From: Candidatus Heimdallarchaeum aukensis
GTDB lineage: Archaea > Asgardarchaeota > Heimdallarchaeia > Heimdallarchaeales > Heimdallarchaeaceae
Length of the DNA stretch: 64,000 nt
Assembly: GCA_021513695.1 (NCBI GenBank)
Contig: CP084166.1
Location: 2,368,001 to 2,432,000 of the forward strand
Reading direction: 5' to 3'
Positions 27,412 through 40,183 of this stretch are shown here, piece after piece; the stretch's first letter is position 1, and every line of letters begins with the position of its first letter. Made by a program: the position numbers and the translations under genes. Below the pieces are notes generated by a model. The model worked only from the letters and a program-made list of their open reading frames with translations. It did not search any database and was not told where the DNA came from.

Positions 27412-29229
27412 CTATGTTTTTTCAAAAAATGTACTCATTTCAGCAATCCATTCAGCAGATTGATGTTTAAAGTATGTGTTGTATAGTTCAGCATAAAATC
27501 CTCCTTTGCTAAGCAGAGTTTCGTGGGTTCCTTCTTCTATTATTTTTCCATGGTCTAATACTATAATTCTATCTGCATTTTGAATAGTAGTTAATCTGTG
27601 AGCAATAACAATAGAAGTTCTATTCTGTAGAAGTTTATCTAAAGCTTCTTGAATTTTCCACTCAGTATAAGCGTCAACAGCAGCTGTAGCTTCATCTAAA
27701 ATAACGATTTTTGGATTAGTTATCAGAGTTCGAGCAAAAGATATCATTTGTCTTTGTCCTAATGATAAACCTTTTCCTCTTTCTCCGATTTCAGTGTTTA
27801 AACCATCGGGGAGTGCATCAATAAATTCTTGTGCTGCAACGATTTCTATTACTCGTTTAACTTCTTCTAGAGTCGCATTTGGATTACCAAAACGGATATT
27901 ATCCAATACCGTACCACTGAAAAGAAAAACATCTTGGCTAACCAACCCAATATTCTTTCGTAAATGTTTAATGTCATAGTCTCTTATGTCAATGTCATCA
28001 ATTTTGATTGAACCTTTACTAATGTCATAGAAACGCATTAACAATGATGCAATGGTGGTTTTTCCTGCACCAGTATGCCCTACAATCGCAATAGTCTCAC
28101 CGGGCTCAATTTTAAGATTTATGTCTTCAAGGACGGGAGAATTAGGCTCATATTCGTGGTATACGTGTTCAAAAGTTACCTTTCCCACTATCTCTTTTTG
28201 GACTGGATTCTCTTTATTTACAACTGTTCTCTCATGATCAATAATACTAAATATTCTCTCCATAGCAGCAAAACCGCTCTGAATAATTGAGATTTGAGAA
28301 GCCACTCTCATTAAAGGATAGAGAAAACGATTTAGTAGTAAAATGAATAACAAAATGGTTGAAGCTGTCCCAAGACCTTCAAATATGAGCCAGCTACCAA
28401 AAAGTGTTATTCCAAAGACCCCCAAAATACTAATTCCATCCATAACAGGCCAAATTCCAGTTATCGCAAAAGCTCTTCTTTTTGCGTATTGAAACGTCTT
28501 TTCATTAATAACATTAAATTCTTCCTTAGATTTCTTTTCTCTACCAAAAGCTTTTGCTATAGCAATCCCAGCAACACTTTCTTGAAAAGCCGCATTTACC
28601 TCGCCTATAGCTGCCCTCCAACTCCCGCTAGTTTTTCTTATGATCTTTCTGAATAATACTCCTGTTGCTATAACCACTGGACCCATTGCAAGTGTGACCA
28701 AAGTAAGTCTCCAATTAACGGCAAACATAATTGCTAAAACTGCAAAAAGAATAACAAAATTAGAAATAAATTGTCCTATAAGACCAATCATTTGATTTAA
28801 TTCTTGTGCGTCATTTGTTATTCTACTCATAATTTTTCCTGTTGACTGTTTGTCATAAAAAACTAAATCATGCTCTTGTAAACTAACAAAAGTATCAACT
28901 TGAATATCTTTTATTATTTTTTGAGTTGTTTTAATTAACAATATTCCATTAACTACTTGAATAAACCACAGTATAAAGGATAAAATAACATAAGCAAGTG
29001 CATAAGGAAAGACTACAGTCCACTGCTGCTTTGCTTCTAAAACGTCAAAAGCTTTTTGCACCATGAGGGGAGGAACAATGTTTAATCCGGCGCCTACTAA
29101 AATCAAAATAACTATTGCTACAAGTTTAATCTTGTGTTTTCTCAAATAATTCCAAAACTTGCTTAATAATTCTTTATCCGAGTAATCCTTGTCGTAGTCT
29201 TCTTTATAGTTATACTGCATAATAATCAC
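27412..29229 (-). CDS. ABC exporter, fused TMD-NBD half-transporter (MdlB/type I exporter-like)
   Basis: 6-TM N-terminal domain. Walker A GHTGAGKTT, signature LSLGQRQ, Walker B IVILDEAT. Confidence 0.85.
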   Translation of the reverse strand: MIIMQYNYKEDYDKDYSDKELLSKFWNYLRKHKIKLVAIVILILVGAGLNIVPPLMVQKAFDVLEAKQQWTVVFPYALAYVILSFILWFIQVVNGILLIKTTQKIIKDIQVDTFVSLQEHDLVFYDKQSTGKIMSRITNDAQELNQMIGLIGQFISNFVILFAVLAIMFAVNWRLTLVTLAMGPVVIATGVLFRKIIRKTSGSWRAAIGEVNAAFQESVAGIAIAKAFGREKKSKEEFNVINEKTFQYAKRRAFAITGIWPVMDGISILGVFGITLFGSWLIFEGLGTASTILLFILLLNRFLYPLMRVASQISIIQSGFAAMERIFSIIDHERTVVNKENPVQKEIVGKVTFEHVYHEYEPNSPVLEDINLKIEPGETIAIVGHTGAGKTTIASLLMRFYDISKGSIKIDDIDIRDYDIKHLRKNIGLVSQDVFLFSGTVLDNIRFGNPNATLEEVKRVIEIVAAQEFIDALPDGLNTEIGERGKGLSLGQRQMISFARTLITNPKIVILDEATAAVDAYTEWKIQEALDKLLQNRTSIVIAHRLTTIQNADRIIVLDHGKIIEEGTHETLLSKGGFYAELYNTYFKHQSAEWIAEMSTFFEKT

Positions 29230-30990
29230 CTATTCTTTCACTCCAGCTTTCAAAGGAGGAAGCTCAGAAAAACGTTCAAATAGCCGCCTATAGTCAATAC
29301 TTGATTGAATTAGTTCAATATGCGTTCCGTGGGCAACAAGTTTTCCTTTTTTCAAAATAATAATCTGATCTGCATTTTTTATAGTAGCTAAACGATGAGT
29401 AATAATGAAAGTTGTTCTCTCTTTTAATACATTGGCAATAGCAATCTGTATCTCTCTTTCTGTTTCAGCGTCAATAGCACTACTCGCATCATCAAAAATT
29501 AAGATTTTTGGATTTCCCAATAAAGCACGAGCAATAGCAATTCTTTGTTTTTGCCCTCCAGAAAGCTTAACTCCTCTTTCTCCAACAATCGTATCATATC
29601 CTTCTTCAAATGACATAATAAAATCATGTGCTTGAGCCAACTTTGCAGCGTGTTCAATTTCTTCTTGACTGGCTTGTGGTTTTCCATAAGCAATATTTTC
29701 TCTTATTGTCTTGCTAAAAAGAAAAATATCTTGTTCTATAGCTCCTATATTTTTCCTCAGACTAGACAAACTCATTTCTCTTAGGTCAATACCATCAATG
29801 GTTATTCTACCCTCTGTAGGGTCATAAAAACGCATCATTAGCTTAATCAATGTAGATTTTCCTGATCCAGGAGCACCAATAATGGCTATAGTAGAACCTG
29901 CAGGAACATGAAGGTTAATGCCATCAAGAGTTTTCTCGTTGGTATTGGTTCCATTATAAGAAAAAGACACGTTTTCAAAAACAATTTCACCTTTCGGCTC
30001 TAACCATTCTATAGGTTTTTTGGCTTCTGGAACATATTCTTGTCTAGTTTTCATATTGTATATCCTTTTTGCAGCAGCCATCCCAATTTGAAATTGAGTA
30101 CTAGCCCAACCTAATTGCCATGTGGGAGAGTTCAAAGTCATTGCTAACATTACAAAAGAAACTAGTTGAGAAAGTGAAATGCTCCCCTTTGTTACTTCAA
30201 AGCTACCCCATAGAAAACTAAAAGCTATAACTAGAATGGTAATCAGAATAGGATAATACTTTGTGCTTAATATCCCTCTTTGTGTGTTAATCTCTCGAAG
30301 CTTATCAGCTTGTGTGTCAAAATAATTAATCTCTTCATCCTCTTTCACAAAACTTCTGATTATTCTAATACCTGTTACACTCTCTTGTAAGAATTCATTA
30401 AGCCTACTATTCTGTTCAACTTGAGCTTTAGAGATTGGCTGTAATTTCTTGTTAAAATCATAAATTGTTATAATATAAAATGGTAATGCAAAAACAAGAA
30501 TTAATGTGAGCTTTGGGCTAATATAAATCATAAGAGAAACAGAAAATAGTATTGTAAAAAAACCTTCAAGTAAAAACTTTAATCCTGGAGAAATAAAGAT
30601 ATTCATCTGACGGGTATCATAAGTGGCACGAGCCATGATATCTCCAATACGGACACGATCATGAAACTCATGGCTCTTTTTTAGCATATCGTCATAAAAT
30701 TCTTCTGTGACATTTTTTGTAACTTTGTGTGCTATAACCTCATTTGTATAACTCTGGGTAAAATCAGCTAAAGTGCGAATAATTCCCGCTAAAGCAATTA
30801 GTAGAGCAGTTTTTATAATTTCTAGAAACGAACTATTTTCTTTTGCTAACTCATCAAAAATATCTCCAATTAACATAGGTGTAAAAGATACAGTAGCAAT
30901 AAAGAAAATAAGGAAAAAAATCATAATAGTTACTAGTTTCTTTTCTCTCAATATATGCTTAAATAACCAACTTTTATACCCCATAGACAA
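29230..30990 (-). CDS. ABC exporter, fused TMD-NBD half-transporter (heterodimer partner)
   Basis: Walker A GAPGSGKST, signature LSGGQKQR, Walker B ILIFDDAS. The stop abuts the start of the downstream paralogue with zero spacer. Confidence 0.85.
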   Translation of the reverse strand: MSMGYKSWLFKHILREKKLVTIMIFFLIFFIATVSFTPMLIGDIFDELAKENSSFLEIIKTALLIALAGIIRTLADFTQSYTNEVIAHKVTKNVTEEFYDDMLKKSHEFHDRVRIGDIMARATYDTRQMNIFISPGLKFLLEGFFTILFSVSLMIYISPKLTLILVFALPFYIITIYDFNKKLQPISKAQVEQNSRLNEFLQESVTGIRIIRSFVKEDEEINYFDTQADKLREINTQRGILSTKYYPILITILVIAFSFLWGSFEVTKGSISLSQLVSFVMLAMTLNSPTWQLGWASTQFQIGMAAAKRIYNMKTRQEYVPEAKKPIEWLEPKGEIVFENVSFSYNGTNTNEKTLDGINLHVPAGSTIAIIGAPGSGKSTLIKLMMRFYDPTEGRITIDGIDLREMSLSSLRKNIGAIEQDIFLFSKTIRENIAYGKPQASQEEIEHAAKLAQAHDFIMSFEEGYDTIVGERGVKLSGGQKQRIAIARALLGNPKILIFDDASSAIDAETEREIQIAIANVLKERTTFIITHRLATIKNADQIIILKKGKLVAHGTHIELIQSSIDYRRLFERFSELPPLKAGVKE

Positions 30991-31088
30991 ACCTGCAATT
31001 TAATCTTATTCAAATACCTTTGATTAATCTTCTTTAAAACTTTTTTTTTAATGTATTTTCTTACAATTAATGATAGTTTGATGAGTTT

Positions 31089-32219
31089 TCAAAGCAATAG
31101 ATGTTTATTTCCGATATTAACCATCTTCAGATGTTTTTTTGCTGCACGTTCGCAGCTTTCAGCTAGTTCTCTAGAAGTAACAGGTAGATCTTTAAACATA
31201 TGTTGTGGGTAAAAAGCCAATAGAGAGTAAGGAATATTTTCATTCAGGTCAGCAATAAAAGAAGCAATATTCTCAACTTCTTCTTCATCAATATAACCAG
31301 GAACAAGAAGAGTGGTAGCATTTAAAACTGGAAGTTCTGGCCTTTGTTCAAAAAATTTTCTAGCTACAAATTTGAAATTTTCTAGCACTTTTTCATTAGT
31401 GACTCCTGTCAAAGCTTTATGTATTTGAGGATTCCAAGCTTTTAAATCAAATTTAATGTTTCCTCCAGAAATTAAAGAAAACTCTGCTGCTTTTGAAATA
31501 TATTTTTGATTACCAAATCCATTCCACTCCCAACAAATACGAGCAATCCTTTTTTCTTCTTTAGAGATTTGCAAAATCCTTTTTGATAAATTGAGAGCAA
31601 AAGGAAAGTGAGGTTCTGGGGAACCTCCAAAAAAACAGATACACGTGATTCTTTTATTAGCTCTAAAAGTATCAAGAAGTTTGTTTAGATTTACTTCTGG
31701 TCCTAATTTAATGTTTTTATGATGCTGGTTTTGGCAATACAAACAATCAAAGGAACAACCATAAAAGAAAATGGATAAGTTATAGAACCCATATTCTTTA
31801 CCTTCTTTCATTGCAAATTCTGGAAAACCAGAACCCGTGCCTGCAGGACAAAACCAGGCTGCACAACAATTGCAAGGTAAAGGGTCTAAATAATAATCAA
31901 GAACACCTACATTTGAATTTGTAAGAGAAATAACTTTTCCTTCTTTATTATACTTTAGCCCACAGTAACTTACCTCGTTTTTATCTAATCCGCATTTATG
32001 GTTGCACAAGTTACAAATAGAACTTAAGTTACTAGGTGGTAATGGTGGAAGATTCTGTTTTTCTCTTGCTTTTTTATGAGCCTTAAAGATATATTCTTCT
32101 GATTGTATAGGTCGCTCTTTTAAACAAGAATTACAAATAGTAAGAATTTGAGCTATTAGTTTTTTTTCTCCACATATGCCACAATCACGTCTTGTGTTTC
32201 TTTGGTCAGTGAAAAACAT
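31089..32219 (-). CDS. Radical SAM protein (PflA/PflX / AmmeMemoRadiSam-like) with N-terminal Cys-rich region
   Basis: CSFDCLYCQN (CX3CX2C). Upstream CNLCNHKCGL..YCGL resembles the CxLCxHxCxI..GxCG N-terminus of the PflX/AmmeMemoRadiSam family. An extra N-terminal CGICG..CNSC ribbon. Confidence 0.7.
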   Translation of the reverse strand: MFFTDQRNTRRDCGICGEKKLIAQILTICNSCLKERPIQSEEYIFKAHKKAREKQNLPPLPPSNLSSICNLCNHKCGLDKNEVSYCGLKYNKEGKVISLTNSNVGVLDYYLDPLPCNCCAAWFCPAGTGSGFPEFAMKEGKEYGFYNLSIFFYGCSFDCLYCQNQHHKNIKLGPEVNLNKLLDTFRANKRITCICFFGGSPEPHFPFALNLSKRILQISKEEKRIARICWEWNGFGNQKYISKAAEFSLISGGNIKFDLKAWNPQIHKALTGVTNEKVLENFKFVARKFFEQRPELPVLNATTLLVPGYIDEEEVENIASFIADLNENIPYSLLAFYPQHMFKDLPVTSRELAESCERAAKKHLKMVNIGNKHLLL

Positions 32220-32305
32220 TCAATATAACTAAGTATTACATATTTCTTAATCTTTTGTTGCAAAATAAGAGTAGCAATAGTTCTAAAAAAAAAAGAAAAA
32301 TAATT

Positions 32306-34180
32306 TTAAATTAAATTAAACAATTTTTTTCTTTTACGGATAATAATAACCATAGTCATTAAAAACATAATAGCCGTTAAAGAGTAATTCAGTGAGTAAT
32401 CTAAAGGAAATGTGTTTAATATGTCAGTATTTGTATCAGTTGTATTTCCACTTGGTTCCTCTCCTTCTCCCAAAATTCTTAGTTCGTGAATAGCTAGTGC
32501 AGGCATGCTTTCGTTGTTATATGCTACATCGAAATAGTTGGGCCCTTCTAATGATTGATATTAAGCTAAATTTGTGAAGTATATACTTTCTCCCAAATTA
32601 GTTTGAAAATCTCCTCCGTTAATATCTTCTGATCTTAAAGGCTTTGAAAACTCTATTTGTCTCATGTTTTGGTTATAAATAAATGTGGCTCATCCATCAA
32701 TTGTTCCTCCGACATCAATGTCACTAATAGGTTCTCCTTTAGTTTGATCAAAAACCATATCTTCGTATGATTCTGGGGTCATTACAGCAAGATCTGTTCC
32801 TCTATCAACTTCCAACATATTTGCTGTTTGACCAAACATGAATATATTCGCATCTCCTTCATCATATTTCTCCTCATAGATCTCAAAATAGATATATGTT
32901 GTGTATCCATCAGTAACAAAACGAATTTCTCCATCAAAGCGATTATCCTCTTGGATATAGTTATTTTCCCAATCAACAAAATATATAGTAACATGGTATG
33001 TTACTGCTCTATCCCAAAAATCTTCATTTGCATAACCGTCATAAGTAATATCCACCGAAGAGAGATAAACACACTCATAGACTTGATCTGAAAGCAACCA
33101 ATTAACCTTTCCTCCTATTTCTGGAGTGTGGATAATATCTCCATTATCAGTACCAAGTGAGAGACGAATAAATTTGAATGTAGAACCATCCGCAATAGAC
33201 CGATTAGGTCCTCCAGGAGCAGTTGTGTCAATCCAAGCTACAATGAAAACACCAATTGAGTTGCCATAACCTAGATCAAAATCAAAGCCATTGATATCAT
33301 TAGACTGTAATTCTTTTTGAAATTCAAAATATGAACCGTCGTTAGTCATTTTCGTGAATGCATTAACATTATTTTGCCCTCCCCTATCTCCATCGTTAAA
33401 AGGTTCTACGAAAAAAGAATCAAAGCCATGGTCTTCGACTCTATTATCTGAAGCGTTCATCAACTTAATTTTTGTACAATATTCTTGTACGCCAATCTTG
33501 CTCTCGGAAAGATCTGTCTAGGGGGGAGATCTAAACACTCATTAAGCCAGAGGAGAAGGTTGAGCACTCCTCCACCGTGGAAACTGGATGAATAAATCCT
33601 CTCACACGGGAAAGTTAAGTTGTATTTAACTTTTCTTTGATTTCTTTCTTTATGCGCATGTTTTTTTATCCTGACACACCGTGCCAGCTTAGAGAGTAAG
33701 TATTTTTCTTAACATTTATCTTTTTTTTTCACTCTCTACATTACTAATGTCTTTTCACTATTTAAACACCAATTTTTTAATTTGACAAAAATGTACAAAA
33801 AAGTAATCCATGAATATTGCATCAATTGTTTCTCCTTGCTCTTCTCTTCCAAAGAACATTATCTCTGTTGCATAAACTTGTCCTTCTAGATTAGGAATAT
33901 AAACAAAACCATAAAGAAATGAGTTGTCATATGCAAAATTTACTTTTGCAGAAACAATTATGGGTGGATCGTGGGGTTCTATTGGAACCAAATTTATCTC
34001 CACAAGGGAACTATTATCCCATTCTTGAAAGATTCCATCTAATACAATGGTGTCATTATAAGGAGCAATTATTGAGGGATTATCTGTTGTTTCCCCAGCA
34101 TAAAGTAAATTGATTTTTATAATTAATCCAATTAGAAGGCAAGCGAAAAAAATTATTGAAAAAATTTTTCTTTGCTTCAT
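32306..34180 (-). pseudogene. Disrupted secreted surface-protein gene: three same-frame fragments, one insert and two in-frame stops
   Basis: ORFs 33758..34180 (signal peptide MKQRKIFSIIFFACLLIGLII), 32690..33463 (no signal peptide) and 32306..32506 (C-terminal TM followed by RKRKK) all have start coordinates of 2 mod 3. The stretch between the last two translates as protein-like sequence interrupted only by TGA (32690-32692) and TAA (32561-32563). Confidence 0.7.
33464..33796. other. GC-rich structured insert (candidate ncRNA, miniature mobile element or intron-like element)
   Basis: The core 33491-33610 has 60/120 G+C by hand count, versus 20/100 in 33701-33800. Multiple short perfect stems are present. 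The hairpin at 33612-33632 is followed by a T-rich run on the + strand. TGTACAA occurs at both borders. Confidence 0.4.
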
Positions 34181-34307
34181 TTTATCACCAACTATGTTTG
34201 CTTAGACAATGTTTTGATAATATATATTTTTTTCAAAAAGGTAAATTGTAAAAAGAAAAAAACATTTGTTTCTTTTTGGAATATAGGTCGTGAAATGGCT
34301 TTTTAGA

Positions 34308-35465
34308 TTAGCTTTTCTTTTTTTGAGTGATAAGGATTATAACAACTGTTGCTACGATTAGTCCTATTCCTCCTATAATAAATGCTGGATATATGGGTTT
34401 GGAAGGAATAGGTATTTGTTCATCTTCAATTCCCATTAATTTGTTAAGTGCTGCAGTAGCATTTATCAAACCATAACCGAAGTAATTATCTTTCCCCACA
34501 TCTCCAAGATCAGTAGCTGTTTCATGAAAAATGTTTCTTATTTCATCGACAGAGATGGTATTGTTTAGAGATTTCATTAGGGCTATTATTCCTGAAACTT
34601 GAGGGGCAGCAAAAGAGGTTCCCCAGCCGAACATATACCCCTCGGATAGGTAAGGGCCTTTTATTCCTGTTCCTTCATCTCCTACTGGAGCTACTAATTC
34701 AGTCCACTCTCCATAGTTGCTGTAATCAGCTTTTTCTTTGTCATAGTTTGTTGCTCCTACGGCAATTACTTCCTCATAAGCTCCAGGGTAAGACATTATT
34801 TCTTTTCCTCCCCCATATGAAAGCCAAGAGTTACCAGTTATTGAGACTATTGCAACATTATTTTCTATAGCATAAACTATATCATCGTGATAATCTTCAC
34901 TTTCAGAATAGTATTGTAAACTTAAATTAATTACGTCTGCTCCATTATCTACGGCATATCTTATTGCATCACCTAATCCTTTTAACGTAGTTCCTTGATA
35001 ATTATCTGACTTGAGTACTCGAATATCCATAATAGTTACGTTAGGAGCTACTCCTGCGATTCCCTCATCATTGACTGGAGATGCGATAATTCCTGCAATA
35101 AATGTAGCATGCCAATGAATAGGGTCGTCTTCTTCTGGACCAGGGATGCTGTCATTAGAAACAAAATCCCAACCGTGTATATCATCAATATAACCATTAT
35201 TATCGTCATCAATAGAATTGTTTGCAATTTCGTCTTCATTGATCCACACCACATCTTGTAACTCCGGATGTGAAAAATCTATTCCACTGTCAATAACAGC
35301 TATAGTAATATCTCTTGAACCGTTAGTTAATTTCCAAGCTCCATATATGCCTATTTGCTCAAAATACCATGGATTTTCACTAGAAATAGCAAAAGTGTCG
35401 AAATAATAGTTGAATTGATTTAAAAGGAATAGTAAAAGAATCCCAATCACAATTTGTTTTTTCAT
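34308..35465 (-). CDS. Subtilisin-like serine protease (peptidase S8), secreted, C-terminal TM anchor
   Basis: Asp motif AVIDSGIDFSH, His region HATFIAGIIAS, Ser motif GTSFAAPQVSG. N-terminal signal peptide. C-terminal IIGGIGLIVATVVIILITQKKKS. Confidence 0.85.
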   Translation of the reverse strand: MKKQIVIGILLLFLLNQFNYYFDTFAISSENPWYFEQIGIYGAWKLTNGSRDITIAVIDSGIDFSHPELQDVVWINEDEIANNSIDDDNNGYIDDIHGWDFVSNDSIPGPEEDDPIHWHATFIAGIIASPVNDEGIAGVAPNVTIMDIRVLKSDNYQGTTLKGLGDAIRYAVDNGADVINLSLQYYSESEDYHDDIVYAIENNVAIVSITGNSWLSYGGGKEIMSYPGAYEEVIAVGATNYDKEKADYSNYGEWTELVAPVGDEGTGIKGPYLSEGYMFGWGTSFAAPQVSGIIALMKSLNNTISVDEIRNIFHETATDLGDVGKDNYFGYGLINATAALNKLMGIEDEQIPIPSKPIYPAFIIGGIGLIVATVVIILITQKKKS

Positions 35466-35554
35466 ATTTTATAACTAGATTATGGAAATATATAAGACTA
35501 TAGAAAAATGAAGAATAAGTAATAGAAACGTTCGTTGAAATAATTTAAGAATGA

Positions 35555-38692
<3,138 letters not shown>

Positions 38693-38728
38693 GATAAATA
38701 ATAAAAATAACAACAAAAATTTTGTTCT

Positions 38729-39550
38729 ATGAATGGAAAGAGAGGAAAAAACTTTCGTGTAGTTCCCTTTGAGAAAAATCGGAAAATTATTCTAGATTTA
38801 CTTGAGCAAGGAAAGAAAAGAAATCATGTGAAAGCTTTAGTTGAAGTTGATGTGACTGATGCTAGAGAGTTTTTTAAGAGATACAAAGAAATTAAAGGAG
38901 AAAAACTATCTTTTACTGCATGGATTATATATTGTGTAGCTAAAGCAATAGATGAGAATATAGAAGTAAATGCATATAGAAAGGGAAGAAGAAAAATAGT
39001 TATCTTTGACGAAGTTGATGTGGGAACAATTATTGAAAGAGAAATTGAAGGAAAAAAAATACCCAGAAAATACATAATCAGAGGAGCTAATAGAAAGAGT
39101 TTGATAGATATTCATAATGAAATAAGAGCTGTTCAAAGAAAAGAGATTAGTGGCCCCATACTAGGAAATAAAAAAGAAACAAAATTTGTTAACTTTTTTG
39201 CTTCATTACCTAAGTTTATCAGAAAAATTTTCTGGTGGTGGACAAAACAAAAGCCTGAATTCAGAAAGAAAATGTTAGGGACAATTACAGTTTCATCTGT
39301 TGGTATGTTTGGAAGAACAGGAGGTTGGGGGATAGTTATTTCTTCTGAAACTGTTCATGTTATGATTGGAGGGATTGCTAGAAAACCTGGAGTGGTAGGG
39401 GATGAAATCTCGATTAGAGAGTATTTAGATCTTACATTAATGGCTGACCATTCAATTATTGATGGAGGACCTATAGCCAGACTTCTTCAAAGACTCATTG
39501 ACTTGATAGAAAGCTCTTACGGCTTAGATGACAATCTACTAAAAACTTAA
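38729..39550 (+). CDS. Stand-alone 2-oxoacid dehydrogenase E2-type acyltransferase catalytic domain
   Basis: C-terminal catalytic motif LMADHSIIDGGPIARLL (DHRxxDG-like). No lipoyl or subunit-binding domains. Lies 36 nt downstream of lacZ on the same strand. Confidence 0.6.
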   Translation: MNGKRGKNFRVVPFEKNRKIILDLLEQGKKRNHVKALVEVDVTDAREFFKRYKEIKGEKLSFTAWIIYCVAKAIDENIEVNAYRKGRRKIVIFDEVDVGTIIEREIEGKKIPRKYIIRGANRKSLIDIHNEIRAVQRKEISGPILGNKKETKFVNFFASLPKFIRKIFWWWTKQKPEFRKKMLGTITVSSVGMFGRTGGWGIVISSETVHVMIGGIARKPGVVGDEISIREYLDLTLMADHSIIDGGPIARLLQRLIDLIESSYGLDDNLLKT

Positions 39551-39576
39551 TAAAAAATGAGAAGAAGAGAAAAAAT

Positions 39577-40119
39577 TTACACTTTGTCTGTTATGTGGTC
39601 AACAATTCTGAAAAGCATAGCAAAAGGAGTTAAGGCTCCAAGAATGTAAACAAAGAAGTTAATAATTATAACCACTATTGGAACAGGAATGTATAGAGAT
39701 CCAATTGATAAACCGATCAGGATAACTAAGAATATGATAAATCCTAAAAGTATTTTTAAGGCTCCACCAAACGCACCAAAGAAACTAACCTTCTTAGAGA
39801 ATTTAGGTCCTCTTGTTGCAGTGAAAATAAAAGCTGCAAAACCACCGATCATTATGAACAAAAATCCTAAAATTATTAGTACAAAACCAATAATGCTTGC
39901 TACATTTCCGAAGAAAGCTGTTGGATCTAATAATACACTGAAGTCTCCTCCAATCAAAGCTAAAAGCGCTGTAAAGTCAAACAGGAAAAATCCTCCTACA
40001 ACTAACCCAAAACCAATTATGTTGTAAACTATTGATATTAGTATGTAGATGATTGCTCTTCCATACGATTCAAAAAAATTCGAGATTCCCGACTGTTCTT
40101 TATAAACCATTTTTTTCAC
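39577..40119 (-). CDS. Hypothetical membrane protein (about 5 TM, G/F/I-rich)
   Basis: 180-aa ORF with hydrophobic helices. The antisense ORF 39689..40027 is judged spurious. Confidence 0.5.
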   Translation of the reverse strand: MKKMVYKEQSGISNFFESYGRAIIYILISIVYNIIGFGLVVGGFFLFDFTALLALIGGDFSVLLDPTAFFGNVASIIGFVLIILGFLFIMIGGFAAFIFTATRGPKFSKKVSFFGAFGGALKILLGFIIFLVILIGLSIGSLYIPVPIVVIIINFFVYILGALTPFAMLFRIVDHITDKV

Positions 40120-40174
40120 CTAATATTTTATTTTTGTAAAGATTTAGTAGAAGAGACATATAAATCTTTGCTAT

Positions 40175-40183
40175 CTTGGAGGA
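40175..40183. repeat. Target-site duplication, left copy (CTTGGAGGA)
   Basis: Identical 9-mer directly flanking both ends of the IS. Confidence 0.85.

Noticed and set aside
32690-32692. In-frame TGA as selenocysteine or programmed read-through
   Set aside because: A second in-frame stop (TAA, 32561-63) and the upstream insert argue for decay. I could see no SECIS-like element, and the other genes use TGA as an ordinary stop.
33575-33680. Hammerhead (GAAAC..CUGGAUGAA), C/D-box (GGAUGAA .. CUGA) or RNase P CR-I (GGGAAAGUU) resemblance within the insert
   Set aside because: The core nucleotides do not match the consensus exactly. The element order and spacing are also wrong; for example, the putative C and D boxes lie about 90 nt apart.
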